Shown here piece by piece: positions 9,836 through 20,000 of a DNA stretch of 20,000 bases. How positions within the stretch are numbered: the first letter of the stretch is position 1; each line of letters begins with the position of its first letter. Below the pieces are notes generated by a model. It ran no database searches, was not told the origin of the DNA, and was given only the letters and a program-made list of their open reading frames with translations. A program made the translations under genes and the position numbers. This DNA comes from Chiloscyllium plagiosum. Lineage: Eukaryota. The stretch is from positions 15,265,364 to 15,285,363 of the forward strand of contig NC_057719.1 of NCBI RefSeq assembly GCF_004010195.1. Reading direction: 5' to 3'.

Positions 9836-10099
9836 CAATGATTTTTTTAAACATGGCTGCTCTGCTAATTAAAGCAATAATATTGTGCTGGTTCGAAAGA
9901 TGGGTTTTGAAAGTCAGAAACTTGCTAGCACGTGTTACTGAAACAGCAGAAACCAAACATCTCTTTGGGTCAGATTCAATGAATCATTTCAACACTAATT
10001 TTAAATAGCAGTGTTATAGCAAAGTAAATGTATCTGAATTTCCACATTTCCCACCCCACTCCCAAGGACAATGATTTTAGAAAAAAAGAAAACCTTTAT

Positions 10100-10385
10100 G
10101 AGACTATCTAGTGGAATATGGTGCCTTTGAGCCAGAAGCCCTGGATTCAAACCTTGGATTCAATGGCCAAGGCGGCGTGTTTGTGACACAGCCAAACAGG
10201 TCAAGTATTGACCTGCAAATCTTTCCATCATACATCAGAGGCAGGGTGCAAGAATGGGAGGGATTCCAAGTCAATAATGTAATGGAAGGAATGTTGGAGC
10301 CTCTTCCATAACTACCTAGAGCTCCAAACTACAATACTGCAAAACATGCATGTCAAAAACCATGTTGCCACAATAGCTCTGACCA
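10100..10385 (+). mobile_element. Old tRNA-derived SINE-like element related to the short clustered repeat
   Basis: cctttgagccagaagccctggattcaaacc (B-box-like) and gtgtttgtgacacagccaaacaggtcaag resemble the cluster unit, followed by about 180 nt of additional body. Confidence 0.5.
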
Positions 10386-10754
10386 TGTGAAACATTTCAT
10401 ATCACTATCATATTGTAGAATCTCTTGAGATGCTCAGGACCACAAGCGGAAGAGCGGTAAAAATGAAACAATAACTTGCTGTCAAGATCAAAACGCCTGG
10501 AAACCAAGACACCAGAAAACAGAGCAATGGAAAAGTTAGGAACTTCTTTTGTCATGTTCTCTCTCAATACTGAAGTAGAACGTATTCTCAGATTATTTTC
10601 GGAGTATAAGAGAAAGGCAGTTCTCCAAAGCTAGCAGGACCATGCAGGATTTAAATAACAGCAGTTATTTCAGAGAACAGTAAATCAGTCTAAACTTTAA
10701 TGTAGGATCTCTTATAAATTCTGGAGATTCACTTACATGTAACTCATCACTCAC

Positions 10755-10924
10755 CTCTTTGATTTGGACTTTGTAATCATCCTGCCCAATGACAGACAAT
10801 GCATTACTTGTTGGGTTATCATATTCATCACGTGGGGCAATCTGCAATGTGTGCTGCTGTCCACTGGTCAGTACCAAAGTGGAGAAATGGTAGAGAATTT
10901 TTGTTTTTGCTGGAAATACAGATC
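10755..10924 (-). CDS. AREL1: AREL1 internal coding exon, 170 nt
   Basis: (G)SVFPAKTKILYHFSTLVLTSGQQHTLQIAPRDEYDNPTSNALSVIGQDDYKVQIKE. Acceptor tttatag|GA, donor GAG|gtgagt. Phase 1 to 0, continuing the previous exon in frame. Confidence 0.95.
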
Positions 10925-11404
10925 CTATAAATGGAACGGGAGAGGGAATACATATTATCCATTTCAGAATTGGGTACAGAGATGTGTAATTTATTCAACT
11001 ATCTCGATGAGAGAATTAACATTTTTTTTGGTTCCAGCTTCAAAAGTATCAGTGGACAAAATAAAAAAACTCCAATTTTTGTAATTTTTTTTTAGAAGTT
11101 AATTACATACAGGATACCACGTGGTTTTACAAGATGGGTAAAATAAATTTTGATATTTAACTCTTTATCACACAAATGAAGTACAGTGTCCTTGATCTAT
11201 TATACTGTGACACTTGCGTTTAAAAGCTTCGAACAATAACAATTTCTGTTTATGTGCACAAAGCAAGTACCAAGGAGCATCATAAAATATTAAAAACTTA
11301 GCCATATTTGCACTTAAAAGTACCACACAATGACCATTCCTAGTGAGGGTGAATCAAACCTTCCCCTGAAGCTTAATGGTATTTACATCATCAAAAATGC
11401 TAAA

Positions 11405-12240
11405 TCAACATCATGGGGGTTTTCATTGATCTAGATCTACAAGAACAGGTCAGAGGCTGCAAAATCTGAGGTGAAAAGCTTACCTTCTGACTCCCAAAGC
11501 CCATCTGCCATAGTCCATTAACTGTTATAGACCATGTGCTGTCATTACAGTGAAACTGCCATCAACAAGGCGGAAGTCAGGAATGAGACAGAATATTCTC
11601 CACTTGCCTTTATTAATGTGGTGCCAGCAATACTCAATATGGTCCACACCATCCAAATGAATGCAGCCCACTTGATCAGCATCTCACCCATTACCTTAAA
11701 TGTTCACTCTGCCCACTAACATTGCCAGCGGTGTTGTAACAATTTGTCAAAGTTTGTTCCAAACCAGAGACCTTCATTACGTTTAAAGGGATGACAGCAG
11801 ATGCATGACAGAATCAGCATCAACAAGCTCCTCTTCACGTCACTCGCTATCCTGACTTGAAAAGATATTGTCATGCCTATACTGTCACTGGGTCAGATTT
11901 ATGGAACTCCTTCCATAACAACATGTGGGTGTAGACACATTCAGCTCAGCTAGTTCTGTTGGCTGGATAGCTGGTTTGCAATGCAGAGTGAAGTCAACAG
12001 CACAGGTTCAATTACTGTACTGGGTTAGGTAATCCTGGGGTTAAACATTGAGTGTTGTCATTCAAATAACACTTACTACCTACGGCCTTCTGGGACAACG
12101 GAAACTTTCATTTCACTGTAACTACATCATATGGACTATAACAGTTCAAGAAAACAGCTCATCATCACCTTCAAGAGCAATGAAGGACAGTAGTAAACAC
12201 TAGTCATTAGGGATGCTCACATAGGTGAACATATATGAAA
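11405..12240 (+). mobile_element. Decayed CR1/L2-group LINE 3' portion, interrupted by a SINE at about 11943-12117
   Basis: aacaaggcggaagtcaggaatgagacagaatattctccacttgcc (degenerate YKAQVRSxMEYSPLAW), gtcactgggtcagatttatggaactccttcc, then cagttcaagaaaacagctcatcatcaccttcaagagcaat after the insert. Confidence 0.75.
11943..12117 (+). mobile_element. Degenerate tRNA-derived SINE nested in the LINE
   Basis: tagttctgttggctggatagctggtttgcaatgcagagtgaagtcaacagcacaGGTTCAATTAC has A- and B-box-like motifs; the LINE sequence resumes after actttcatttcact. Confidence 0.55.
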
Positions 12241-12979
12241 CAAATTATGTGCATTTTTGCAAATGAGTTTAAGGTATATTCTGGTTTAACTTCTTGGATT
12301 CCCATAACAATCTGATAAACCTCTTAAGGTTGCCGATCAGATATTGTTTTTAAGCAAAAATACCCAGTTTCTTTAGAGCCTAACTCACATTTTTGACACA
12401 AAGAATACATAAGAACAAGTTACTCAAATAAATCCCCTAGCTCATTGTCTCGTTGCAGCCTTAATTATTCTGGATTGTTGATATGTTGAGCTTTGGATCT
12501 GATAAGGTCCCTGAATCTTTTACAGCATCACTCTTAACAATTTCAACTTAATTCACTCAATGTGCGTGTCATTTGTTTTTCCTTTTTCTTTGCAGTGCTA
12601 ATGTGCTTTCAATTATTACCAAATCATAGACATTATTTGCAGTCTAAGGATTGGATTAGAATTATTCAGTGTCATTTCAATTTGAAATCCACACATGCAG
12701 CAAAGAAAGGAAATTTCTAGCTCAAGGATCTAAGCTTTTTCAGAACTTAAATTCCAGAAAGCAGGAAGGTCAAGCAACATCCTCTACACCACTTTTAGAA
12801 TAAAGACTAGACAGCAAGGTATAAAGAGCTGCATTTAAGTACCATTGGTGGTCAATTACCTAATTATTTAGGGAAGCCTTTATTCAAGGTGCTTAGTAAT
12901 CAATGCGGACAAATGTATAGACAAAGAAAAGATAGGCAATCTCAATCCCCAGTAAGAACATACGCACGATCACACCTAC

Positions 12980-13217
12980 CAGGTTGAAAGGTTTTATAGT
13001 ATGGGCTGTAAGCCACATTCGATCCTCCGACTTTGACAGAGAGTTCGTACCTTCCTGCCTTTCTCACTGTGAAGCCCACCTTCACCACATTGCTCTTCTG
13101 TGCATGGAGTACTTCCTGTGTGACTGGAACATCCAACCCAAGCTCCATGTGTGAAATGTGAATCCGTAATCCCACAGGACGGTGAGCAGGAAATGGTCGG
13201 CCATTCTTGTAGAACAA
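12980..13217 (-). CDS. AREL1: AREL1 internal coding exon (first in window; filamin/Ig-like region), 238 nt
   Basis: Translates LFYKNGRPFPAHRPVGLRIHISHMELGLDVPVTQEVLHAQKSNVVKVGFTVRKAGRYELSVKVGGSNVAYSPYYKTFQP(G), matching recalled vertebrate AREL1 (LFYKNGQPFPAHRPVGLRVHISHVEL...). Acceptor tgtgtag|TTG, donor CCTG|gtaggt. Phase 0 to 1. Confidence 0.96.
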
Positions 13218-13299
13218 CTACACAACAATATAAGAAGATTTTCTTTCTGAAAAATGACATGCATTACGATTCGTCCTTGTTTAAACATCTTGTATAATG

Positions 13300-14452
13300 T
13301 TTACACAACAGAAGGAGGCTGTTGAGTCCATCATTTCCATGTCAGCTTCCAGCAAGAGGAACTCAGCAAGTCCCATTTCTTTGTATTATCCCTGTAGCCC
13401 TATAAGAAATGGGGATGACATGGCCTAGTGGTATTATCACTGGACTATTAATCCAGAGAACCAGGTAATGTTCGGGGGATATAGGTTCGAATCCCACCAT
13501 GGCATACGGTGGAAATTGAATCCAATAAAAGTCTGGAATCAACGCCATGAAACCATTGTCAATTGTCAGAAAAACCCATCTAGTTTGCTAATGCCCTTTA
13601 AGGAAGGAAATCTACTGCCCTTACCAGGTCAGGCCGACATGTGATTCCAGACCCACAGCAATGTGGTTACTCTCAACTGCCCTCAGGAGCAATTAAGGAT
13701 GGACAATAAATGTTGGCCTGGTCATTGACGCCTACATCCCATGATAAATTTAAAAAGGGTCTCATCAAGTAATTACTCAAAATCCTTTTGAAAACAACAA
13801 CCAAATCTGTTTCCATCAGATACTTAGGCAAGCACGTAGATCCTCAAAACATGCTAAGAAAAAGAAGTTTTTCCACATTTCACCTCTGTGCTCTTTGACT
13901 ATCAGCTTAAATTTGCATCTGCTCGTTCTTAACTTTTTCCTTCCATGGGAACATTTCATCTTTGCATACTACATCCAAACTCTTCATGATTTTGAAGGCC
14001 TCCATCAAACATCCTCTCAATGCTCTCTTCTCGAAGGAGAATTGTCTCAAATTATCCAAGCTACCTTTGAACTAAAGCTCCTCGTCTCGACAACCATTCT
14101 TTTTTCTCTGCAGCCTCTTCACTTATACCCTCAAAGTTCATTATCCAGAATTGAACACAATATTCCAGTGAGGCAAAACCACCTATTTACATAATGTTGA
14201 GAACTACAAAGAGGCATAAATTACAAAAATACAAAAGTTATGGTGAACCTTAAGTTTTATCTGCTACATGTCCAACATTTCCAGCCTGTCTACATCCTTT
14301 TGACATCCATCATTACCCTGCTCAAAGTTCACTATAATTCCATGTTTTGTGTCATCTGCAAACTTTAAAATTGCACCCTGCACATCACAAGTTTACATAA
14401 TTGAAATGGTTCAGGAAAAGCAGTGGTCTGACCACTGGGAAACCCCACTGCA
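13300..14452 (-). mobile_element. Decayed CR1 LINE split by the SINE at 13411-13756
   Basis: Antisense tail acacaacagaaggaggctgttgagtccatc at about 13302; ccagaattgaacacaata is the antisense of YCVQFW; ttttgtgtcatctgcaaa (14345-14362) is the antisense of the RT catalytic motif FADDTK. Confidence 0.8.
13411..13756 (+). mobile_element. Near full-length tRNA-derived SINE with a LINE-derived 3' tail
   Basis: A box TGGCCTAGTGG (13421-13431), B box GGTTCGAATCC (13484-13494), tail gcaattaaggatggacaataaatgttggcctggtcattgacgcctacatcccatga followed by an A-rich end. Confidence 0.85.
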
Positions 14453-14721
14453 AACTGGATGAAGAGGTGCAAGCATTCAATTGATTCAGAGTTGTCATGA
14501 TGAAAAGGGTGTCAGAGTTAGGAATATGGGTGCTTTTAAGGATCAACTTTACAGTTGACTGAAAAAAGGTGTGTTCATTTGATTTTTGTTTTTAACAGCA
14601 GTGTTCTTACTGGGGCGATTTGGTGATGGAAGAAAAATGTTTACACCTGTGTAAGAGCACTTCTGAACAGAAACGAAAAAGAGGGAAAGAAATGGAAAAA
14701 AACAAAACAAAGGTAAAGCAA

Positions 14722-15862
14722 GGTTCTTTTCAGAGTGCTTGTGGTACAATGGCAGGGTCTGAGCCAGGAAACCTGGGTTCAAGTGCCATCTACTCCAGAA
14801 GTGTAGAAGAACATTCCTGAACAGGTTGATTAGAAAACATAGAATTCAAATGTAACTTTCAGTTCAGGAGGGAGGATCATTGGCAGCACTCCATGCCAAT
14901 CACAAGCTGCGAGTAACTGGTATAGCAACATAAAATATTGCCTGCTCATGATAATGTCTGAAGCACTTGCTTAACAAGAATGTATGTACTTCTGCCTTAA
15001 AAGCATTCAAAGATCAGAATTCTTCTCAGGGCTCTTGTGGTAGTGAGCCCATCACTGAGCCAGGAGACCTGGGTCCAAGTCTTAACTGCTCCAGAAGTGT
15101 GAAATAACATCTCTAAATGGGTTGATTAGAAAATACCCAAAAGGACAGTCGTTAGAGCTCTTGAGGCATGGTGGGAGTGCCCGTACTTCTGGACCAGAAG
15201 ATCTCAATCCAAGTCCCACTAGTTCCAGAGGTGTGTTGCAAGATTTCTAATAATCTAAATATATAAATATCTGAAATAAATTGCAACACCTCAATCAGCT
15301 ATGTGGCCTAACTAATCAAGTTTGTATCGCTAATGGCTCTTGTTGTGCAATGGTAGCAATCCCACTTCTGAGCAGGAGACTTGGTTTCAATTCCCACTTG
15401 CTCTAGAGGTGTACCATAACATCGTGGAATAGACTGATGAGAATAAAAAAAAATCAACATTCTTACTAATGCTCCTAATACTTTTAGAGAAAGTCTGACA
15501 CGACAAGGGCTGGAGTGCTTTATTTCCCCCTCCCTCACCTTTGGTGGTCTGCATTGTCCTTAATGGAATTTTGTATGTAAACTGATCCATTAGAAAACAT
15601 GGGTGATCTACTAGTGGTATTAATATACAAAGAAAAACACAGGTGACTTGGTGATGACAGCAAAGCTGTTTGGTCATGTGAGATAACACTTCTGGATATT
15701 AAAGAGTGAGCAGAGTTCTTTAAGGGCTCTTGCACAACAGTGGTACCATCCCTACCTCTAAGCCAGAAGGTCTGGGTTCAAGTCCTATTCCACAGATGTG
15801 TCATAACACCTTTGAACAGGCTGAATAGAAAATGGTTGATTAGAAACAGGTTGATTAAAATA
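14722..15862 (+). repeat. Cluster of five co-oriented ~110-bp tRNA-like repeats (about 14732-14840, 15028-15137, 15154-15250, 15335-15445, 15723-15862)
   Basis: Shared by-eye consensus ggctcttgtggtgcartggtag...cytctgagccagragrcctgggttcaagtcccacytgctccagargtgtg..ataacatc.ctgaacaggttgattagaaaa, separated by unrelated spacers of unequal length. Confidence 0.85.
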
Positions 15863-16139
15863 AAAGCACTACATTTCCAAGACAAGAAAGGAGTAATGTT
15901 GAGCGTATTTAGCCTCATCCCTCTTAATCTCACCACATACTGTGCCTCCTTTATGGTCACAATGGTGGAAAACAATGCTGTCACTGTTCCCAAGAAAACT
16001 GGGAGCTCCCTAGCATATCACTGTGTCTTCAATCTCTCTTTTGTTTGGAAAGATCTACCCTTTGCTTGGTGCCTTCTGATGTTGGCACAGTTGGGTTTGC
16101 AATTCTGTCTTGAGAAATCCCATTGACAGTTCAATTTGG

Positions 16140-16475
16140 TGTCAGCAATGGCTTGGTTGTAACACTTTTCTTCTGAATCAGAAGATTCAAGTTTCATTCA
16201 ACAACTTCAGTTCAAAAGTTAATACTGCAATGGTGCCAGTGCCATACCACAGACGAGATGTTAAACAGAGGGTACATCTGCCTGCTTCAGGTGGATATCA
16301 AATATCTAATATTTCAGAGAAAGGTAGGGGAAGCTATGCCTATTGTTCTCATCAACAGTTATCCGTCAATTCCACACATTGAAATTGGTGCTGTTTCCTG
16401 TAATAGTGACCACACTTCAAAGAAGTATCTTAGTAATTTAAAGTACTTTGAAATATCCAGTAGTCATGAAACATA
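16140..16475 (+). mobile_element. Degenerate Deu-domain-type SINE (SacSINE1/AmnSINE-like)
   Basis: gacgagatgttaaacagagggtacatctgcctgcttcaggtggatatcaaa...agtgaccacacttcaaagaagtat...aaagtactttgaaatatcc resembles the recalled Deu-domain plus tail consensus. Confidence 0.65.
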
Positions 16476-16859
16476 CTCATCTAAATACTGTTAGATCCTA
16501 TAAGTGATTCAGTATATGGCAGCTCATAGTAAATCTCATTACTCCAAATATCTCAATTGTTTCTCAGACGGGCCAAAAACTACATAACTCTCTCTAATGG
16601 TGCTTTTGAGTAATGGGTCTTATATCAACTTGCACCAAGCACATTAGCAACACTGGTTTTGTTAAAATATTGTATTAATACTTAAACAAAAAGTGAACAA
16701 CTCCTTTCCAAATGATAAAGGTTTCAGGTTATTAGCATGTACTGGGTATGACAATACTGAATTCAGTGCAAGTTTATGAAATAGAACTGTTTTCCTTGCT
16801 GTGCAACTGCTGAGAAGAATAAACAATTCTCTTGCTGTCCCTGTGAAAGCTGGAAGCTC

Positions 16860-17010
16860 TTTAAAATCTGTTCAAACTTCTCTTCTTCAAGTAGAAAAGC
16901 CCCAACTTAAGTCTATCTACATAACTGAAGTTCCTCAACCCTTCACATCCTTCCTAAAGTGTAGTGTTCAGAATTGGATGTAATGTTTCTGTTAAGGCCA
17001 ATACAATATT
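16860..17010 (-). mobile_element. Short decayed CR1 fragment
   Basis: cttctcttcttcaagtagaaaagcccca is the antisense of GLFYLKKR; cacatccttcctaaagtgtagtgttcagaattggatgtaa is the antisense of a xIQFxTLHFRKDV-like motif. Confidence 0.65.
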
Positions 17011-17449
17011 TAAACCAGCCAGGTTTAAACCAGATTCCAGTATGTTCTTAATTGCAACCTCAACTTCACAGTGGAAACAAACTGCGCTTGGAAAGCCCCA
17101 CTTTGTAGGTCCAATATAAATTTCTTCTTGCCTGCTTGATAAACACAAGATAAACTAATGTTTGTGCTTGTTTAAACTGGTCTAAGTTGTGGATGTATCT
17201 GTTGGGACCATGTCAGAAGCCATATTAGAATAGATTCACTGCCACAAATCTTGCTTTTGTTATTAGTTGAAGTTACTGATATCAATTGGGGTATTATGCC
17301 CACACATAACCTTTGGCATATCCATTCTTATTTCCCTCGATGATTAAAGGCTTAACTGTAGCTCAGAACACAAAACCTAGCACTCATCCTATAAGCAACT
17401 AAAAACATGTCAAGAACTGAGTATAATGCTGGAGGCAATAGATAATCCA

Positions 17450-17985
17450 TTTAGAATGTGGCAAATACCATCCTTAGTTACTGGAGTATTGTTCCCATTT
17501 CAGAGAACTATACTTTAGGAAGGATATCACATCTTGGGAGAAGATGCAGAGTGACACCAAAAAATAAGGACTTCAATTATGTGGTGAGATGATAAAAAAT
17601 GGCATTTTCTCTTTTCAGCTAGACAAGGCCAGAGGGAGAGATAAAGTAGTATTCAAGATTGTGAAGGATTCTGATAATATTCTAAGAAGTGTAAAGCTGC
17701 TTCCAATGGCAGAAGGATCAGAACAAAGACATTGACAGTACTGAGCAAAAGAGATGGAGAGAATCAGTCTTTCACAGTGAGTTATGATGATTTGAAATGC
17801 ATTATCTGAGCAGGTGGTTGAAGCAGATTCTATAGTAACTTACAAATTGAATTAGATAATCACTTGAAATGATTACATAGCTGGGAAAACAGTAGGAATG
17901 GTGCTGAATTGGATGTTTTTAAAAAGAGCAGTACAAGCATAAATCACTGAATTAATCTCTTCTTGTGTTATTTCATGTTCTAATT
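17450..17985 (+). mobile_element. Decayed CR1 LINE 3' fragment
   Basis: ctggagtattgttccc...tactttaggaaggatatc...gagaagatgcagag (LEYC...YFRKDI...EKMQ), tattcaagattgtgaaggattctgat, and 3' UTR remnants. Confidence 0.7.
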
Positions 17986-18159
17986 GCACAGTATTCTGTA
18001 TCTTTCATCATTCTCCATACTTTCCAAACTCCACTCATCACTGTGCTAAGTTTATTTCAAAAATCTGGCCCACGTTTTTAAATTGCTCTGCAGTCTCAAT
18101 ATATCTTCTGCCAACAGCTCTGTGTGGACACACTTTTTTAAAAAAATATGGATTGCAGA

Positions 18160-18440
18160 GGGATAGCTGCAGTACTCAGGGAGGTTTGAAATGTTGGATG
18201 AATTGAGTTATTAATTTGAGTTGTCAATGGCTCTCTCTGTATCCTATGAAGGATCCTATGAAGATACTATGAGGTGGAGCTGGAGTTTTAGGTTTAGTGA
18301 CCTGGCTGGTATTCATGCCTCAATTACAAAAGTCACACTTTGGTCATTATCACATGGGAGCTTGCTGCCAACAAACTGGTTGCCGTATTTCCAACATCAA
18401 AAGTACTCCAGTGACTATGAAATTCTTTGGAATATCTTTA
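18160..18440 (+). mobile_element. Degenerate Deu-domain-type SINE copy
   Basis: tggtcattatcacatgggagcttgctgccaacaaactggttgccgtatttccaacatcaaaagtact...ctttggaatatc; includes an internal short tandem duplication atcctatgaagg/atcctatgaag/atactatgag from 18241. Confidence 0.6.
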
Positions 18441-18904
18441 ACTTGTAAAATCTGCTTTACAAATTCAAGACCCAATCCAACTGTTACTCAGTCTGATCCT
18501 CTGACTCGCTGCCCCCAATTCCCTCCATCTCCCCCCCGCTTCCAAAAATCTATTAGAACTTTAGCTTTACCCTATCCAGCCCAAAATTCTCAATTTCTCC
18601 ATTTTTGCCTCCTGTAAATAACTCAGATTTTAGCCTCATTGATACAAAACACTTAGAGATATCACACTGAAAGTGTGACTATTAACTGATCATTTGTGAC
18701 CACAAATCTCAAAATTATACTTTTGGGAGTGATCTGATAGCTCAGAATTTGATTGTGAGAAAAATTCAATGTAGTTACTTTTTGCAGTATCTGATTGCCG
18801 CAGATGATTTTTTTCTTAGTATCTCCAGAAGGTTGACGATTTAAATATCAGTAGACCCACCTGAAAGTTCTACTCCAGACTCCTCATCAAGATGTTGTGG
18901 GACT

Positions 18905-19080
18905 ATGCTCCTTCATTGTCACTGGGTCAAAATGTTGGAACTCCCTACACAAATGGCATTGTGACAATACCTTACGCAAGATGAATATCTGCAATTTAAT
19001 ATCGCCCTTCACTACCATCTTCTCAAGATAGTTAAGAAATAATCAATAAAACAGACCCACTCTATGAATCAATAACTTTT
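18905..19080 (+). mobile_element. 3' end fragment of the LINE family at 11405-12240
   Basis: ccttcattgtcactgggtcaaaatgttggaactccctac matches tactgtcactgggtcagatttatggaactccttcc at about 11880-11915; followed by cactaccatcttctcaag. Confidence 0.65.
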
Positions 19081-19134
19081 AAAAATAAAAAGATGACATA
19101 ATCAAAAGTGGTGTGTCAGTGCACATTAGTTTTA

Positions 19135-19412
19135 CAGGTAGCTGTCTGTAGATGACATACCAAGATGAAAGTCTGGCGTTCCATTGGCTCATATGCACTT
19201 TAAGGTGTTCCGTCAGAGCAACAAATTGTTCTTCTAGTGGCCTGACAATATCACGCCCTCAATCCGACAGCACAGATTAGCTAGTCAATTATTACAATGT
19301 TGTTGTGGATCTCCCCGGGTAATGCTGTCATTGGGTTGATATGTACGCAACTCTTTGAAACATTTCTGAGAATACTAATAAAGTGCTACGTGACGACAAG
19401 TCCTTTTTTTCC
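19135..19412 (+). mobile_element. Very degenerate Deu-domain-type SINE copy
   Basis: tggcctgacaatatcacgccctcaatcc...acagattagctagtcaattattacaatgttgttgtggatct and tail aaagtgctacgtgacgacaagtcctttttt. Confidence 0.45.
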
Positions 19413-19779
19413 ACTTGATGCAGTTACTGAACCCTGACACTACTCAGTTTTATTTGCTTCATTTGTACCTAAGATTTCAAGTCCAGATTTTGTACACTCT
19501 TATAATCAATATTATACGTAAAGTCTCAAACCTGGATGCATGAATTTGCTCAAAGTTTTTTTTGTTACAGTTCTTGTGTGAACAAATTATTGCAAACTTT
19601 GACATCCACATTAGTAATGGAAGCCACCTATTTGAACAATCCATGTTACAAGTGCACCCTTCCATCTTCATGACTGCAATGCATCTATTCATTCTTTGTC
19701 CTTAGAGCAAATCAAATCTAATGCAACAAACTGTACTTCCCTGCTTCCTAAATTACAACCAACTTCCATACCTCATTAA

Positions 19780-20000
19780 GACAAGTCCCCTGGGCCGGAT
19801 GGGATCTATCCTAGGATCCTCTGGGAAGCAAGGGGAGAGATTGCCAAGCCTTTGGCATTGATCTTCAAATCATCATTGTCCACAGGAATAGTGCCTGAGG
19901 ACTGGAGGATAGCAAATGTGGTTCCCTTGTTCAAAAAGGGTAGTCGAGACAACCCTGGTAATTACAGACCAGTGAGTCTCACTTCAGTTGTTGGTAAAGT
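19780..20000 (+). mobile_element. Young 5'-truncated CR1/HER1-like LINE, ORF2 open to the window end
   Basis: Uninterrupted frame DKSPGPDGIYPRILWEARGEIAKPLALIFKSSLSTGIVPEDWRIANVVPLFKKGSRDNPGNYRPVSLTSVVGK, the canonical CR1 RT N-terminal motifs. An in-frame TAA (19777-19779) and unrelated sequence lie upstream. Confidence 0.93.

Noticed and set aside
12942..13288. Alternative overlapping ORFs and ATG/TTG starts around the first exon
   Set aside because: The TTG at 13217 directly follows a splice acceptor, and AREL1 similarity stops at the AG/GT boundaries, so this is an internal exon and not a start.
14722..15862. CRISPR-like repeat-spacer array or a true tRNA gene cluster
   Set aside because: Repeats are ~110 bp and diverged, spacers are irregular, there are no cas genes and the context is a vertebrate intron. 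No copy gives a convincing cloverleaf by eye.
15308..18617. Several 60-128 aa ORFs in the upstream intron
   Set aside because: Most overlap SINE or LINE relics, none has a recognisable domain, and I saw no supporting splice structure.
13218..20000. Upstream AREL1 exon encoding a ...YLDPRSCKVSWDW...-like peptide
   Set aside because: No matching sequence found by eye on the minus strand; it probably lies beyond the window.

Overview
AT-rich, repeat-dense vertebrate genomic DNA. The SINE/LINE content (an HE1-type SINE, CR1/HER1-like and L2 LINEs) points to a shark or ray; this is inference. The minus strand carries six consecutive internal coding exons of AREL1 (apoptosis-resistant HECT E3 ubiquitin ligase 1): 13217-12980, 10924-10755, 8826-8646, 5309-5056, 1438-1361 and 782-641. 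All have AG/GT boundaries and compatible phases (1063 nt, about 354 aa), covering the filamin/Ig-like region and the linker before the HECT domain. The gene start and the HECT exons were not found and presumably lie outside the window. The introns are mosaics of decayed and nested retroelements. Most notable: (i) a TSD-flanked ~160-bp palindromic element with a minimal hammerhead-ribozyme-like core in each arm (Penelope-like); (ii) five co-oriented ~110-bp tRNA-like short repeats within 1.15 kb; (iii) inverted copies of one SINE family closely flanking a four-exon block of exactly 843 nt (281 codons), a candidate circRNA with a stop-free frame. Repeat family names and human AREL1 comparisons come from remembered sequences, not a database search, and repeat boundaries are approximate.
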